Positions 9,533 through 19,226 of a DNA stretch of 64,000 nt are shown one piece after another. Every line of letters starts with the position of its first letter. Within the stretch, counting starts at the first letter, position 1. The notes below the pieces were generated by a model, which made no database searches, had not been told where the DNA came from, and was given only the letters and a program-made list of their open reading frames with translations. The stretch spans positions 128,001 through 192,000 of the forward strand of contig CAVQSP010000017.1 of the NCBI GenBank assembly GCA_963715985.1, read 5' to 3'. The position numbers and the translations under genes were made by a program. The stretch comes from an uncultured Thermoleophilia bacterium. GTDB lineage: Bacteria; Actinomycetota; Thermoleophilia; UBA2241.

Positions 9533-10054
9533 CTACCAGACGAAGGGGATGAAGCGGTGCCGCACCTCGCCGCGGTACTCCTCGTAGCCCTCGTGCCGGG
9601 CGACGAGCCAGGCCTCTTCCCGGCAACGCTTGAGGTCGAAGAACGGCACGGTGAGGGCGGCGGGGAGGAGCGCCAGCGGGGACGTGACCAGAGCCCACGC
9701 CGTCGCGATGAGCACCACGCCGCCGTAGATGGGGTGCCGCACGAGGCCGTAGGCGCCGTCGCGGCGCAGCTCGCCCTCGGCTACGGGGTGCGGGAACGGC
9801 GTGAGCTGGCGGCCCAGGCGGCGCGAGCCGCCGGCGAAGAGCGCCGCCCCACCGGCGAAGAGCGCCGCGCCCAGAAGCAGGCGCACCAGCCTGGCGCGGC
9901 GGGGCCAGCGAGGCCCGCGCCACGAGCACAGGCCTTCGATCACGAGCAGCACGCCCTGGAGAGCGACCCAGCCCTCGCCATGCGGGCCGAGCGCGGGCAG
10001 CCGGCTGCCGAAGCCGTGCTCTCCGCCGGCCTGTGATTCGCTCGTCGTGGGCAT
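9533..10054 (-). CDS. Isoprenylcysteine carboxylmethyltransferase / PEMT-family membrane protein
   Basis: 'LRRDGAYGLVRHPIYGG', 'REEAWL', 'YEEYRGEVRHRFIPFVW'. Confidence 0.85.
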   Translation of the reverse strand: MPTTSESQAGGEHGFGSRLPALGPHGEGWVALQGVLLVIEGLCSWRGPRWPRRARLVRLLLGAALFAGGAALFAGGSRRLGRQLTPFPHPVAEGELRRDGAYGLVRHPIYGGVVLIATAWALVTSPLALLPAALTVPFFDLKRCREEAWLVARHEGYEEYRGEVRHRFIPFVW

Positions 10055-10135
10055 GGGTCTCGCCTCCGTCGCTGGGTGTCGCGGTGGACCGGCGCCGGAG
10101 CCGCGGCGAGGTGCCGCGACCGGCCTCTGTCCGGG

Positions 10136-10822
10136 TCAGCGCGTGAAGTAGTCGATCAGCGTCTGCTCCTCCGACGCGCTCACGTCGGCGCCGCGCTGCA
10201 CCATGTTGTCGATGAGCGCCTTGGCCTCGTCGGCGTTGGCGGCCCGGAACTGGAGAGCCTGGTCCGGGGAGTGGCAGGTGCTGCAGCGCTCGTTGATGAG
10301 CGCCACGGCGTCACCGCCGGCCGACGTCGGAGACGGCGTGGGTGTGGCCGACCCGGACCCGCCGGTCTGGTCGGCCAGCGAGGCCGAGAAGCCCTTGAGG
10401 AGCGTTTGCTTCTCCTGCTCATTGAGCTTCGCGTTCGGGTGCAGCAGCGTGTACTGCAGGGGCGGCATCTCGCCGTTGATGGCGCGCTGCAGCTCCTCCG
10501 TGGTCAAGCCACCGTTCCACTCCGAGAAGTTGAGACGGCTGCGGCCGCCGCTGATGTCGTGCCACGCCAGCCACGAGAAGGGCGCCACGCTTACCGCCCA
10601 CCACCACTTGGTCTCGTTGCTGTGGCAGTCGTAGCAGGAGGTCTTGGCGATGGCCTCGGCGCCCGGTGCCGACCAGACGAAGGGGTTGGAGGCCGGCGGA
10701 TTCGTGTGGTCACGGCCGTAGGGGACGAACTGGATGAGGATGAACACCACGACCAGAGCGCCCACCACCCACAAGGCGAGCTTCACCCAGGAACGCCTCT
10801 TGCCGCTGCCTCTTCCGCTCAC
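10136..10822 (-). CDS. Membrane-anchored di-heme c-type cytochrome (Haem_bd domain plus C-terminal monoheme domain)
   Basis: TM then 'IQFVPYGRDHTNPP', 'SCYDCHSNET', 'LNFSEW', 'MPPLQY'; Ser/Thr/Pro linker; second 'RCSTCHS'. Confidence 0.85.
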   Translation of the reverse strand: MSGRGSGKRRSWVKLALWVVGALVVVFILIQFVPYGRDHTNPPASNPFVWSAPGAEAIAKTSCYDCHSNETKWWWAVSVAPFSWLAWHDISGGRSRLNFSEWNGGLTTEELQRAINGEMPPLQYTLLHPNAKLNEQEKQTLLKGFSASLADQTGGSGSATPTPSPTSAGGDAVALINERCSTCHSPDQALQFRAANADEAKALIDNMVQRGADVSASEEQTLIDYFTR

Positions 10823-11031
10823 GTTGGCCCCCGCGCTCGATTGACTGGCGCCAGAGTCTAATCCTCCTGGGGGAGAGGCGCCACCGTCCGCCGTATGGTC
10901 CTCGTAAGGTCGAGACCCTAGGCGACTCTTCGACGCGCTTGACGAGGGTCAACAAGACCGACCGCGGCGGTCGGGTATCCTCGGAGGCGGTACACCGACC
11001 TACGCCCGCGCGAGCGGCAAGAGGAGATCCT

Positions 11032-11355
11032 ATGAAGACCATCATCGCTGAGCAGATCGCCGTCGCCGACAACCCGCACGGCGTGGACGTGCGACACCTC
11101 TACTCCACGCCCGACGTGGTCGTGTCGCAGATCACCCTCGAGCCGGGCGAAGTGGTGAAGCCGCACAAGGCGCCCGTGGACGTGTTCTTCTACGTGCTCG
11201 AGGGCGCGCCGCTGGTGGAGATCGAGGGTGAGGCCGCGCTGGGGGAGCCGGGCATGCTGGTCCCCAGTGCCAAGGGACGCGTGCACGCGATCCGCAACGA
11301 GAGCGCCGCCCGCGCCCGCTTCCTCGTGGTCAAGACCCCGAATCCCAAGGCCTGA
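11032..11355 (+). CDS. Cupin-domain protein
   Basis: GAGGAG RBS; 'LEPGEVVKPHKAPVDVFFYVLEG', 'VHAIRNES'. Confidence 0.85.
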   Translation: MKTIIAEQIAVADNPHGVDVRHLYSTPDVVVSQITLEPGEVVKPHKAPVDVFFYVLEGAPLVEIEGEAALGEPGMLVPSAKGRVHAIRNESAARARFLVVKTPNPKA

Positions 11356-11397
11356 GACGCGCCGCGGCGGGTAGCCGCGCCGGTGGGGCCGCCGCGG

Positions 11398-11658
11398 CTA
11401 CAGCTGCACCGCGACCAGCGAGAGCCCCAGCGCTTCTTCCGCGTCGCGGATGCGCACGAGCTGCGCGTCGTCGGGGACGGCCGGCTCAGTCTGGAGCACG
11501 GGGCCGAACTGCTCCATGATGGCGCGCAGCTTCTCTTCGCGCTCGGCGTCCATCTCGCGGCACGAGAACGCCACGATGGTCAGGCCGAGCTCCCGCTCGA
11601 GCTCGGTGACCTTCGCCATCTGCGCCTCGTCGAGGTTCCTCGCGATCTCACAGATCAT
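11398..11658 (-). CDS. Small protein with twin LExxLG repeats (paralog of 23278-23475)
   Basis: GGAGGAGG RBS; 86 aa; clear similarity to the second copy in this window. Confidence 0.75.
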   Translation of the reverse strand: MICEIARNLDEAQMAKVTELERELGLTIVAFSCREMDAEREEKLRAIMEQFGPVLQTEPAVPDDAQLVRIRDAEEALGLSLVAVQL

Positions 11659-11756
11659 CTCTGCTGCCTCCTCCCGGCGGCTCTGAGCGTCACGCCGTCG
11701 TCTGGTGTACTCCGAGGCAGTGTACAGCGACGTGGCTCCTGTCTCCCACCATCCGG

Positions 11757-12627
11757 CTACGCGAACTGTACGGACCGCTTGGAGAGGCCCAGGTAGAAGC
11801 CGCTGACGGGCGTGACCGGCACCGCGCCCGCGTCGGCTGCGCCGAGCGTGACGAACAGCGGCACGAAGTGCTCGGCGCGAGGGTGCGCGTAGCGAGCTGA
11901 GGGGACGTCGCGGAACTCCACGAGGCCTTCCACGTCGGCAGCGGCCAGAGCCGCTGCAGCCCACTCGTCGAAGTCGGCCGACCACACCGGCGGTGGCGCG
12001 TCGCTGCGGAACTCGGCGAGGAACGGCAGGCCGTGCGTGAGGAAGCCGCTGCCCATCACCAGCACGCCCTCGTCGCGCAGCGGGCGCAGGCGTTCGGCGA
12101 GGGCGAGCAGGCGCCGCGGATCGAGCGACGGCAGAGACACCTGCAGCACGGGCACGTCAGCCTGCGGATACATGACGAGCAGCGGCACGTAGGCGCCGTG
12201 ATCGAGGCCGCGGTCGGGGCGCGCGGCGACGGGCTCCTCGGGACCGAGCAGCTCACGTCACGCGCGCGGCCAGGGCCGGCGCCCCCGGCGACGGGTACGT
12301 CGTCCGGTAGTAGCGCTCGGGGAAGCCGTAGAAGTCGTACACGAGCGGCGCGGCGTCCTGGGTGGCGCCCACCGTGACCGGCGCCGCCTCCCAGTGCGCG
12401 GACACCACAAGAATGGCCTTCGGCCGCGGCAGGGCCCCGGCCCACGCCGCCAGCTGGGCGACCCAGAGGGGGTCGTCCACGAGCGGCGGCGCCCCGTGCC
12501 CGAGGTAGACGGCGGGCATGCGGCCGGGGACGACGCCGGCGGCCGCCGTCGCGGCCACGGCCGCGGCGGCCTCGTCGATCTCGGTCTGCGAGGGCGGCGA
12601 AGCCGGCGCCCATGGTGACACGGTCAT
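11757..12627 (-). CDS. DODA/LigB-type extradiol dioxygenase (1-nt frameshift near 12255)
   Basis: 'YLGHGAP', 'VVSAHWE', 'YDFYGFP' in one frame; 'RGLDHG', 'GSGFLTHGL', 'AHPRAEHFVPL' in the next. Confidence 0.85.
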
Positions 12628-12762
12628 CGTGATCCTCTCGTGGGGCCGCGCCGACGGATGGCCGCGCGGCCGATGGGGAGCCTGCGACGGTGCTGCCCGT
12701 GAGCGGCGACGCTCAAACGGCGGCTGCGGTGGTACGCTCGGGTCCCCGAGCGAGGAGCGACC

Positions 12763-13533
12763 GTGAACCCGACCATCGACCTGTTGAACGCGCGCTCCTC
12801 CACACGAGCGTACGACCAGTCGCGGCCGCCCACCGACGAGGAGAAGGCGGCCGTCCTGCACGCGGCCATGCGCGCGCCCACGGCAGGCAACCTCATGCTG
12901 TACTCGATCATCGAGGTCGCCGACCAGGCGCTCAAGGACCGGCTCGCGCAGACGTGCGACGACCAGCCGTTCATCGCCCGCGCCCCGTGGGTGCTGGTGT
13001 TCGTGGCCGACTATCAGAAGTGGATGGACATCTTCCGGGTGTCGGACGTGGAGGCGCTCGACGGCGTGCAGCACCGCACGGCGCCTGGGCCCGGCGACCT
13101 GCTGCTGGCCTGCAGCGACGCGCTCATCGCGGCCCAGAACGCCGTGGTCGCGGCCGAGTCGCTCGGCATCGGGTCGTGCTACATCGGCGACGTGCTGGAG
13201 CAGGCCGAGACCCACGCGGAGCTGCTCGGCCTGCCCGCGCACACGCTGCCGATCGCGATGGTGTGCTTCGGGCGGCCGGCGAGGGCGCGCCGCCCCGTCC
13301 CCCGCTACGAGAAGCACGTCGTCCACACCGACCGGTACCGGCGACTCAGCGATGACGAGCTGCGCGACGCCTCTGCCGAGCTCGCGCAGCTGCACGCCCC
13401 CCGCGGCTTCGCGGACGGGGTGGCCAACATCGGCCAGGACGTCTATCGGCGCAAGTTCTGTGCCGGGTTCACGCACGAGCTGGATCGCTCGGTGCGCTGG
13501 TGGCTGGCGCGCTGGGAGGCGCCCGAGTCCTGA
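12763..13533 (+). CDS. Nitroreductase, NfsA/NfrA-like
   Basis: 'RSSTRAY', 'APTAGNLMLYSII', 'DALIAAQNAVVAAESLGIGSCYIG'. Confidence 0.9.
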   Translation: MNPTIDLLNARSSTRAYDQSRPPTDEEKAAVLHAAMRAPTAGNLMLYSIIEVADQALKDRLAQTCDDQPFIARAPWVLVFVADYQKWMDIFRVSDVEALDGVQHRTAPGPGDLLLACSDALIAAQNAVVAAESLGIGSCYIGDVLEQAETHAELLGLPAHTLPIAMVCFGRPARARRPVPRYEKHVVHTDRYRRLSDDELRDASAELAQLHAPRGFADGVANIGQDVYRRKFCAGFTHELDRSVRWWLARWEAPES

Positions 13534-13559
13534 CGGCGCGGGCTGCTATCATCACCGCC

Positions 13560-14921
13560 GTGGACGCTCGCGCCGGAGTGGATGCGGGACGGGTCGCCGA
13601 TCTGTGGCGGCGCGAGCTCGCGCGCTACGAGCAGGAGCACCCGCGCTGCCTGGCGCTGCGTGAGCGGGCGCGGCTCCACCAGCCGCGCGGCGTGCCGATG
13701 AGCTGGATGGTCACGTACTTCGCGCATCCGCCGGTGTGGGTGGACGAGGGCCACGGCGCCCACTTCACCTGCGCCGACGGTCGCCGCTTCCTGGACACCA
13801 ACATCGGTGACAAGAGCACCTTCTGCGGCATCGACCCCGCCCCGGTGGTCGCCGCCGTCCAGCGGCGCGTGGCGGCCGGCTCGCAGTTCATGCTGCCCAC
13901 GGAGGACGCCATCGCCGTTGCCGAGGAGCTGGCCGGGCGCTGGCCCCTGCCCGGCTGGCAGTTCACGCTGTCGGCGTCGCAGGCCTGCAACGAGGCCCTC
14001 CGCCTCGCCCGCCACGCCACGGGCCGGCGCAAGGTACTCAGCTTCGTCGGCAACTACGGCGGCCACGGCGACGAGCTCCTCGTCGCCTACTCCAGCCGCC
14101 GCGAGATGACGTATCTGGGGCTTGCGCCGTCGGCCGGCCGGGACGTGGACGTGGTCGAGTTCAACGACGCGGACGGCCTTGCGCAGGCCCTGCACGCGGG
14201 CGAGTACGCCTGCGTGCTCACCGAGCCGGCGCTCACCAACTGCGGCGTCGTCCTGCCCGACCCGGGCTTTCACGAGGAGCTGCGACGCCTGACGACGGCG
14301 ACGGGCACCCTGCTGGTGCTCGACGAGACGCACACGCTCATCTGCGGACCCGCGGGACTCACCGGCCGCTGGGACCTGCATCCGGACATCGTCGTGGTGG
14401 GCAAGGGCGTGGGCGGCGGGCTGCCGTTCGGCGCGTACGGCATGACGGCGGAGCTCATGGCCGCGTTCGAGCGCGGTACGAGCGCCGCGGGCGACGCCGG
14501 CGAGCTGGCCACCGGGGGCACGCTGTTCGCCAACGCGCTCAGCATGGCGGCGGCGCGGGCCGCCCTCACGGAGGTGCTCACCCCCGCCGCCTACGAGCGC
14601 GCGGCTGCGCTGGGCGGGCGCCTCGCGGACGGGCTCGAGACGGTCGTCGACGGGGCAGGGCTACCGTGGAGGGTGCAGCGCCTGTACCCGCGCTCGGGTG
14701 TGTCGCTGAGCGGGCGCCTCGCCCGCAACGCGGGCGAGGCCGACGCCGACGAGCAGCCGGAGCTCAACGCGCTGCTGCGTCTGGGCCTCGCCAACCGCGG
14801 CGTGTGGGAGGCCATCAGTACTGCCGGCCCGGCACTGTCGGTGGCCGCTGACGACGACGACGTGACCGCGTACCTGCAGGCGTTCGCCGAGATCACGGCG
14901 GAGCTGGTCGCGCACGACTGA
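13560..14921 (+). CDS. Class III PLP aminotransferase (GSA-aminomutase-like)
   Basis: 'LDETHT', 'VVGKGVGGGLP', 'TGGTLFAN'. Probably leaderless GTG 7 nt after a TATCAT -10 box. Confidence 0.85.
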   Translation: MDARAGVDAGRVADLWRRELARYEQEHPRCLALRERARLHQPRGVPMSWMVTYFAHPPVWVDEGHGAHFTCADGRRFLDTNIGDKSTFCGIDPAPVVAAVQRRVAAGSQFMLPTEDAIAVAEELAGRWPLPGWQFTLSASQACNEALRLARHATGRRKVLSFVGNYGGHGDELLVAYSSRREMTYLGLAPSAGRDVDVVEFNDADGLAQALHAGEYACVLTEPALTNCGVVLPDPGFHEELRRLTTATGTLLVLDETHTLICGPAGLTGRWDLHPDIVVVGKGVGGGLPFGAYGMTAELMAAFERGTSAAGDAGELATGGTLFANALSMAAARAALTEVLTPAAYERAAALGGRLADGLETVVDGAGLPWRVQRLYPRSGVSLSGRLARNAGEADADEQPELNALLRLGLANRGVWEAISTAGPALSVAADDDDVTAYLQAFAEITAELVAHD

Positions 14922-14984
14922 CCGCGGGCAGCGGCCGCCGGCCCGCGCCGCACGCCACCCAGACCCGCGCTGCTCCCGGACCCG

Positions 14985-15776
14985 CTAGCCGATGTCGCGG
15001 CGGCCGAAGGCGGCCAGCGCGATGCCCAGACACACGAGGCTGGTCACGGCGAACACGGCGGCGTGCGACGCCGGGAGGCCGTCCGAGAGCGGCGCCACCC
15101 CGTAGTAGTGGAACAGCGAGAGCGGCTCGAGGCGCCGGAGCGCGCCGGCGTCCGGCGCGAGGATGTTGACGAGGTACATGGCGCCGGCGAGGCCGCCGGC
15201 CACAGCGGCCGCCGTCCCCCGCCGGGCGCCGGCGGCGGCCACCACGAACGCGAGCGAGCCGAAGGCCAGGGCGAGCAGGCCGAGCGACACACAGGCCTCC
15301 AGCAGCCGCTCCGCCCCGATGTGCATGTCGAAGATCGGTGCCGACACCGCCAGTGTGGCCCACAGCGCCGCCGCCAGCAGCGCCACGCCCGTCACGAGGA
15401 CGGCGTACTTCTCGAGTGCCACCTTCGTGCGCGAGACCGGCTGGGCGAGGAGCAGGTCGAGCGTCCCGACTTCTTCCTCGCCGGCCAGGCTGCGCGCGCC
15501 GGCCCCCACCGCGTACACGAGGAACATGATCGGCGCCATGATGGAGAGCAGCTTGGTGTCCAGCCAGCCGGCGGCGGAGGTCATGTCGCTGCCGATGAAG
15601 GCGTCCCGGAACGCCTGCGGGAGCTTGTCGGCGATGTCCTGCATGGCCGCCATGCTCTGTGCCACGGTCGGGTAGAAGGCGGCGATGAGCAGCGCGTACG
15701 CGGCCACCGCCACGAGCCATGCGAGCAGGGCTCGCCACTGGTCGCGCAGGCCTTTGCTGAAGATGCTACCGAGCAT
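14985..15776 (-). CDS. ABC-2 type transporter permease
   Basis: Six TM segments; 'AGEEEVGTLDLLLAQPVSR', 'LSLFHYY'. Confidence 0.85.
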   Translation of the reverse strand: MLGSIFSKGLRDQWRALLAWLVAVAAYALLIAAFYPTVAQSMAAMQDIADKLPQAFRDAFIGSDMTSAAGWLDTKLLSIMAPIMFLVYAVGAGARSLAGEEEVGTLDLLLAQPVSRTKVALEKYAVLVTGVALLAAALWATLAVSAPIFDMHIGAERLLEACVSLGLLALAFGSLAFVVAAAGARRGTAAAVAGGLAGAMYLVNILAPDAGALRRLEPLSLFHYYGVAPLSDGLPASHAAVFAVTSLVCLGIALAAFGRRDIG

Positions 15777-16753
15777 CGGCGCCCTCTCCCTGCTGCTCCT
15801 CGCCGTAGTACGACATGAAGAGGTCGTCGAGGTCCGGCTCCGTGCTGCGCAGGGCCGTGACGTCGTAGCAGAGCCAGCAGCTTGACGACGGGGTCCATGA
15901 CGCCGGCCGCGCGGCAGCGCACCGTGCCGCCTTCGACCGACACGTGCGAGACGCCGGGGAGGGCGGCGAGCGCCTCGGCGACCGCGCCGCTCTCCCCGCG
16001 GCCCACCACCACCTCGACCTCGTGCACCGCGCGTGTTCCCAGCGCGCTCATGTCCTCGACCGCGATCAGCCGTCCGCCGCGCACGAAGGCTGCCCGCCCG
16101 CACACCTCCTGCACCTCGGGCAGCAGATGCGACGAGAGGAGCGCGGTCTGGCCGGCTTCGCGGGCCTCGCGCAGGAGGGCGTAGAAGGCGTGCTGCATGA
16201 GCGGGTCGAGGCCGGCCGTGGGTTCGTCGAGGATGAGCAGCGGAGGGCGGTGCATGAACGCCTGGATGAGGGCGACCTTGCGCTTGTTGCCCGTGGAGAG
16301 GCCGCTCACGCGGCGTGAGAGGTCGGCGTCGAAGCGCCGCGCCAGCTCGTGCACCCAGGCCCAGTCGACGCCTCCGCGCAGGGCGGCGAAGAACCGCAGG
16401 TTCTCCTCGCCGGTGAGCCTCGCATACAGCGCCAGCTCGCCCGGCACGTAGCCGATCTGCCGCCGCAGCTCGCGGCCGTCCCTGCGGGTGTCGAGCCCGA
16501 GGACCCGGGCGCCGCCGCGTGTGGGCCGCAGCAGGTCCAGCAGCAGGCGGAGCGTGGTGGTCTTGCCGGCGCCATTGGGCCCGAGGAAGCCGAAGATCTC
16601 ACCGCTGCCGACCTCGAGGTCGAGGTCGACGATGCCTGCCACCTTGCCGTAGAACTTGGTGAGGCCGGCGGTCCGGATCGCGGCGGCCGTGGCTCCGGCA
16701 TCCACCGACCGGTGTGCCCCGCTGCGCCCCTGCTCGTCCTGCTCGGCCGGCAC
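15766..16753 (-). CDS. ABC transporter ATP-binding protein (frameshift near 15875; start uncertain)
   Basis: Walker A 'GPNGAGKTT', 'LSTGNKRKV', 'ILDEPTAGLDP'; C-terminal 'EPDLDDLFMSYY' in the shifted frame. Confidence 0.85.
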
Positions 16754-16880
16754 CAGACCCTCCCACGGATCGGCCGCTGCATCGCGACCGCTCGTCAGGA
16801 TAGCGCTCGCCCGGCGCCGTGGCGAGTGTCGTGCCGTCGGCCGGTGACGCCGTGGGAGGCATCCGCTTCGCGCCGCGAAT

Positions 16881-16914
16881 ATCGTTTGCTAGCTAATGAT
16901 TGTCATGCTAAGGT
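16881..16914 (+). promoter_or_regulatory. Promoter (TTGCTA-N17-TAAGGT) overlapped by a 20-bp imperfect palindrome, probable MarR operator
   Basis: atcgtttgctagctaatgat (16881-16900) matches its reverse complement at 16 of 20 positions; AT-rich patch just upstream of marR. Confidence 0.6.
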
Positions 16915-16923
16915 CTCGCCTCG

Positions 16924-17496
16924 ATGCACTCCTTGACGCCTCACGGACCCACGGACGACCCGCACGCTCGTATCGCGATGCTCCCGGACGAGCTGGAAGG
17001 GACGGACGACCTCTCCGCGGACGCGTTTCGCGCCTTTCACCGCGCCCTGCGGCTGCACAGGCGCGTCCTGATGCAGGCGCTCGCGGAGCACGGCATCCAC
17101 CACGGACAGGCCATGTGCCTGCGCCTGCTGGCGAGCGAGGGCGAGCTCACGCAGCGCGACCTCGCCGGCGAGCTGCACGTCTCGTCGCCCACGGTCACCA
17201 GGATGGTGGCGTCGATGGAGCGGGCGGGACTCGTGCGACGGCGCCCGGACGCCGGTGATGCGCGCCTCGTGCGCGTGGAGCTCACCGACGCCGGCCGCTG
17301 CCAGGAGCGGGAGATGCGAGCGGCCGCGGCGGTCTACACAGAGCGCACTTTTGCGCGGCTCCCGGCGGGTGAGCGCCGGGAGCTCGCCCGCCTGCTCGAC
17401 AAGCTCAGCGACAGCATCGCCGAGGTCGCCGCGGACCGCAGGGCGGCCTCGAGCAGCCGGTCGACCGGCCCGGCCGGCCCGGAGGACCCCTCGTGA
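16924..17496 (+). CDS. MarR-family transcriptional regulator
   Basis: 'LTQRDLAGELHVSSPTVTRMVASMERAGLVRR..D.R...VELT..G'. Confidence 0.9.
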   Translation: MHSLTPHGPTDDPHARIAMLPDELEGTDDLSADAFRAFHRALRLHRRVLMQALAEHGIHHGQAMCLRLLASEGELTQRDLAGELHVSSPTVTRMVASMERAGLVRRRPDAGDARLVRVELTDAGRCQEREMRAAAAVYTERTFARLPAGERRELARLLDKLSDSIAEVAADRRAASSSRSTGPAGPEDPS

Positions 17497-19226
17497 TCCG
17501 GCTCCTGCGCAGCGGCCTGCGGCCCTACTGGAAGCAGATCACCGTCGTCCTCGTCCTGCTGCTCGTGCAGGCCATCGCCAACCTCTACCTGCCCACGCTC
17601 AACGCCGACATCATCAACAACGGCGTGGTGACCGGCGACACGGCCTACATCATCAAGACCGGGGCGCTGATGCTCGGCGTCACGCTGGTGTACGTGATCG
17701 CGTCCATCATCGCCGTGTACTGGGGCTCCAAGGTCTCCATGGGCTTCGGGCGCGACGTGCGCGGCGCTCTGTTCCGCCGCGTGCAGAGCTTCTCCCAGGC
17801 CGAGGTGAACCGCTTCGGCACCCCGTCGCTCATCACGCGCACCACCAACGACGTGCAACAGGTGCAGATGGTGGTGCTGATGATGCTCAACGTGATCATC
17901 TCGGCGCCGATGATGGCCATCGGCGGCATCATCATGGCGCTGCGCCTCAACGTGCCGCTCAGCGCCGTCATCCTCGTGGCCATCCCCGTCATGGGCGTCT
18001 TCATCGGTCTCGTCATGATGCGCGCCATCCCGCTGTTCATGTCGATGCAGAAGAAGATCGACCGCATCAACCAGGTCACGCGCGAGATGCTCAGCGGCGT
18101 GCGCGTCATCCGCGCCTTCGACCGTACCGCCTACGAGGAGCAGCGCTTCGACGTGGCCAACAGCGACCTCACGCTGACGACGCTCAAGGTCGGCCGCCTG
18201 TTCGCGCTCATGATGCCGACCCTGATCGTGATCCTGAACCTCTCTACCGTGGCCATCATGTGGTTCGGCGGCATCCAGGTCGCCGACCACGGCATGCCCA
18301 TCGGCGACCTCACCGCCTTCCTCACCTACATCGTCCAGATCCTGCTGGCGGTGCTCATGGCGACCATCATGTTCGTGATGGTGCCGCGCGCCGCCGTCTC
18401 CGCCAAGCGCATCCAGGAGGTGCTGGAGACGCAGCCCACCATCGTGGATCCGGAACAGCCGGCGGCCGCCCGGGCGGAGGTCGGGTTGGTGGAGTTCCGC
18501 GACGTGGAGTTCCGCTACCCCGGCGCCGAGGAGCCTGTGCTCAGCGGTATCACCTTCACGGCCCGGCCGGGCGAGACCACCGCCATCGTGGGCAGCACCG
18601 GCAGCGGCAAGACGACGCTCATCAGCCTGATCCCCCGGTTCTACGACGTCACCGGCGGCAGCGTGCTCATCGACGGCGTGGACGTGCGGGAGATGGCGCA
18701 GCAGGACGTGTGGCGCCGTATCGGCCTCGTGCCGCAGAAGTCGTTCCTCTTCAGCGGCACGGTGGCGGACAACCTGCGCCACGGCGACGAGCAGGCGGCG
18801 GACGAGCGCCTCTGGCACTACCTCGAGGTCGCCCAGGGCCGCGAGTTCGTGGAGGAGATGCCCGACCAGCTCGAGGAGCACGTCGCCCAGGGCGGCGCCA
18901 ACGTCTCCGGCGGGCAGCGCCAGCGCCTCGCCATCGCCCGCGCGCTGGCCAAGCAGGCTCCCATCCAGATCTACGACGACAGCTTCTCGGCTCTGGACGT
19001 CACCACCGACGCGCGCCTGCGCGCGGCGCTGCACAAGCACACGGCCGACGCCAACGTGATCATCGTCGCGCAGCGCGTGGGCACCATCATGCACGCCGAC
19101 CAGATCATCGTGCTCGACGACGACGGCACCATCGCCGGCGTCGGCACCCACGACGAGCTGCTCAAGACGAGCGGGACGTACCGCGAGATCGTCGCCTCCC
19201 AGCTCGGCGAGGAGAGCGTCGCGTGA
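17493..19226 (+). CDS. Heterodimeric ABC exporter subunit A (TMD+NBD, degenerate site)
   Basis: 'GSTGSGKTT', 'VSGGQRQR', degenerate Walker B 'YDDSFSALD' and 'AQR' switch. Confidence 0.92.
   Translation: MIRLLRSGLRPYWKQITVVLVLLLVQAIANLYLPTLNADIINNGVVTGDTAYIIKTGALMLGVTLVYVIASIIAVYWGSKVSMGFGRDVRGALFRRVQSFSQAEVNRFGTPSLITRTTNDVQQVQMVVLMMLNVIISAPMMAIGGIIMALRLNVPLSAVILVAIPVMGVFIGLVMMRAIPLFMSMQKKIDRINQVTREMLSGVRVIRAFDRTAYEEQRFDVANSDLTLTTLKVGRLFALMMPTLIVILNLSTVAIMWFGGIQVADHGMPIGDLTAFLTYIVQILLAVLMATIMFVMVPRAAVSAKRIQEVLETQPTIVDPEQPAAARAEVGLVEFRDVEFRYPGAEEPVLSGITFTARPGETTAIVGSTGSGKTTLISLIPRFYDVTGGSVLIDGVDVREMAQQDVWRRIGLVPQKSFLFSGTVADNLRHGDEQAADERLWHYLEVAQGREFVEEMPDQLEEHVAQGGANVSGGQRQRLAIARALAKQAPIQIYDDSFSALDVTTDARLRAALHKHTADANVIIVAQRVGTIMHADQIIVLDDDGTIAGVGTHDELLKTSGTYREIVASQLGEESVA

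Noticed and set aside
12250-12262. In-frame TGA in the dioxygenase as selenocysteine or readthrough
   Set aside because: Homology continues in a different frame, so this is an indel, and no Cys is expected at this position.
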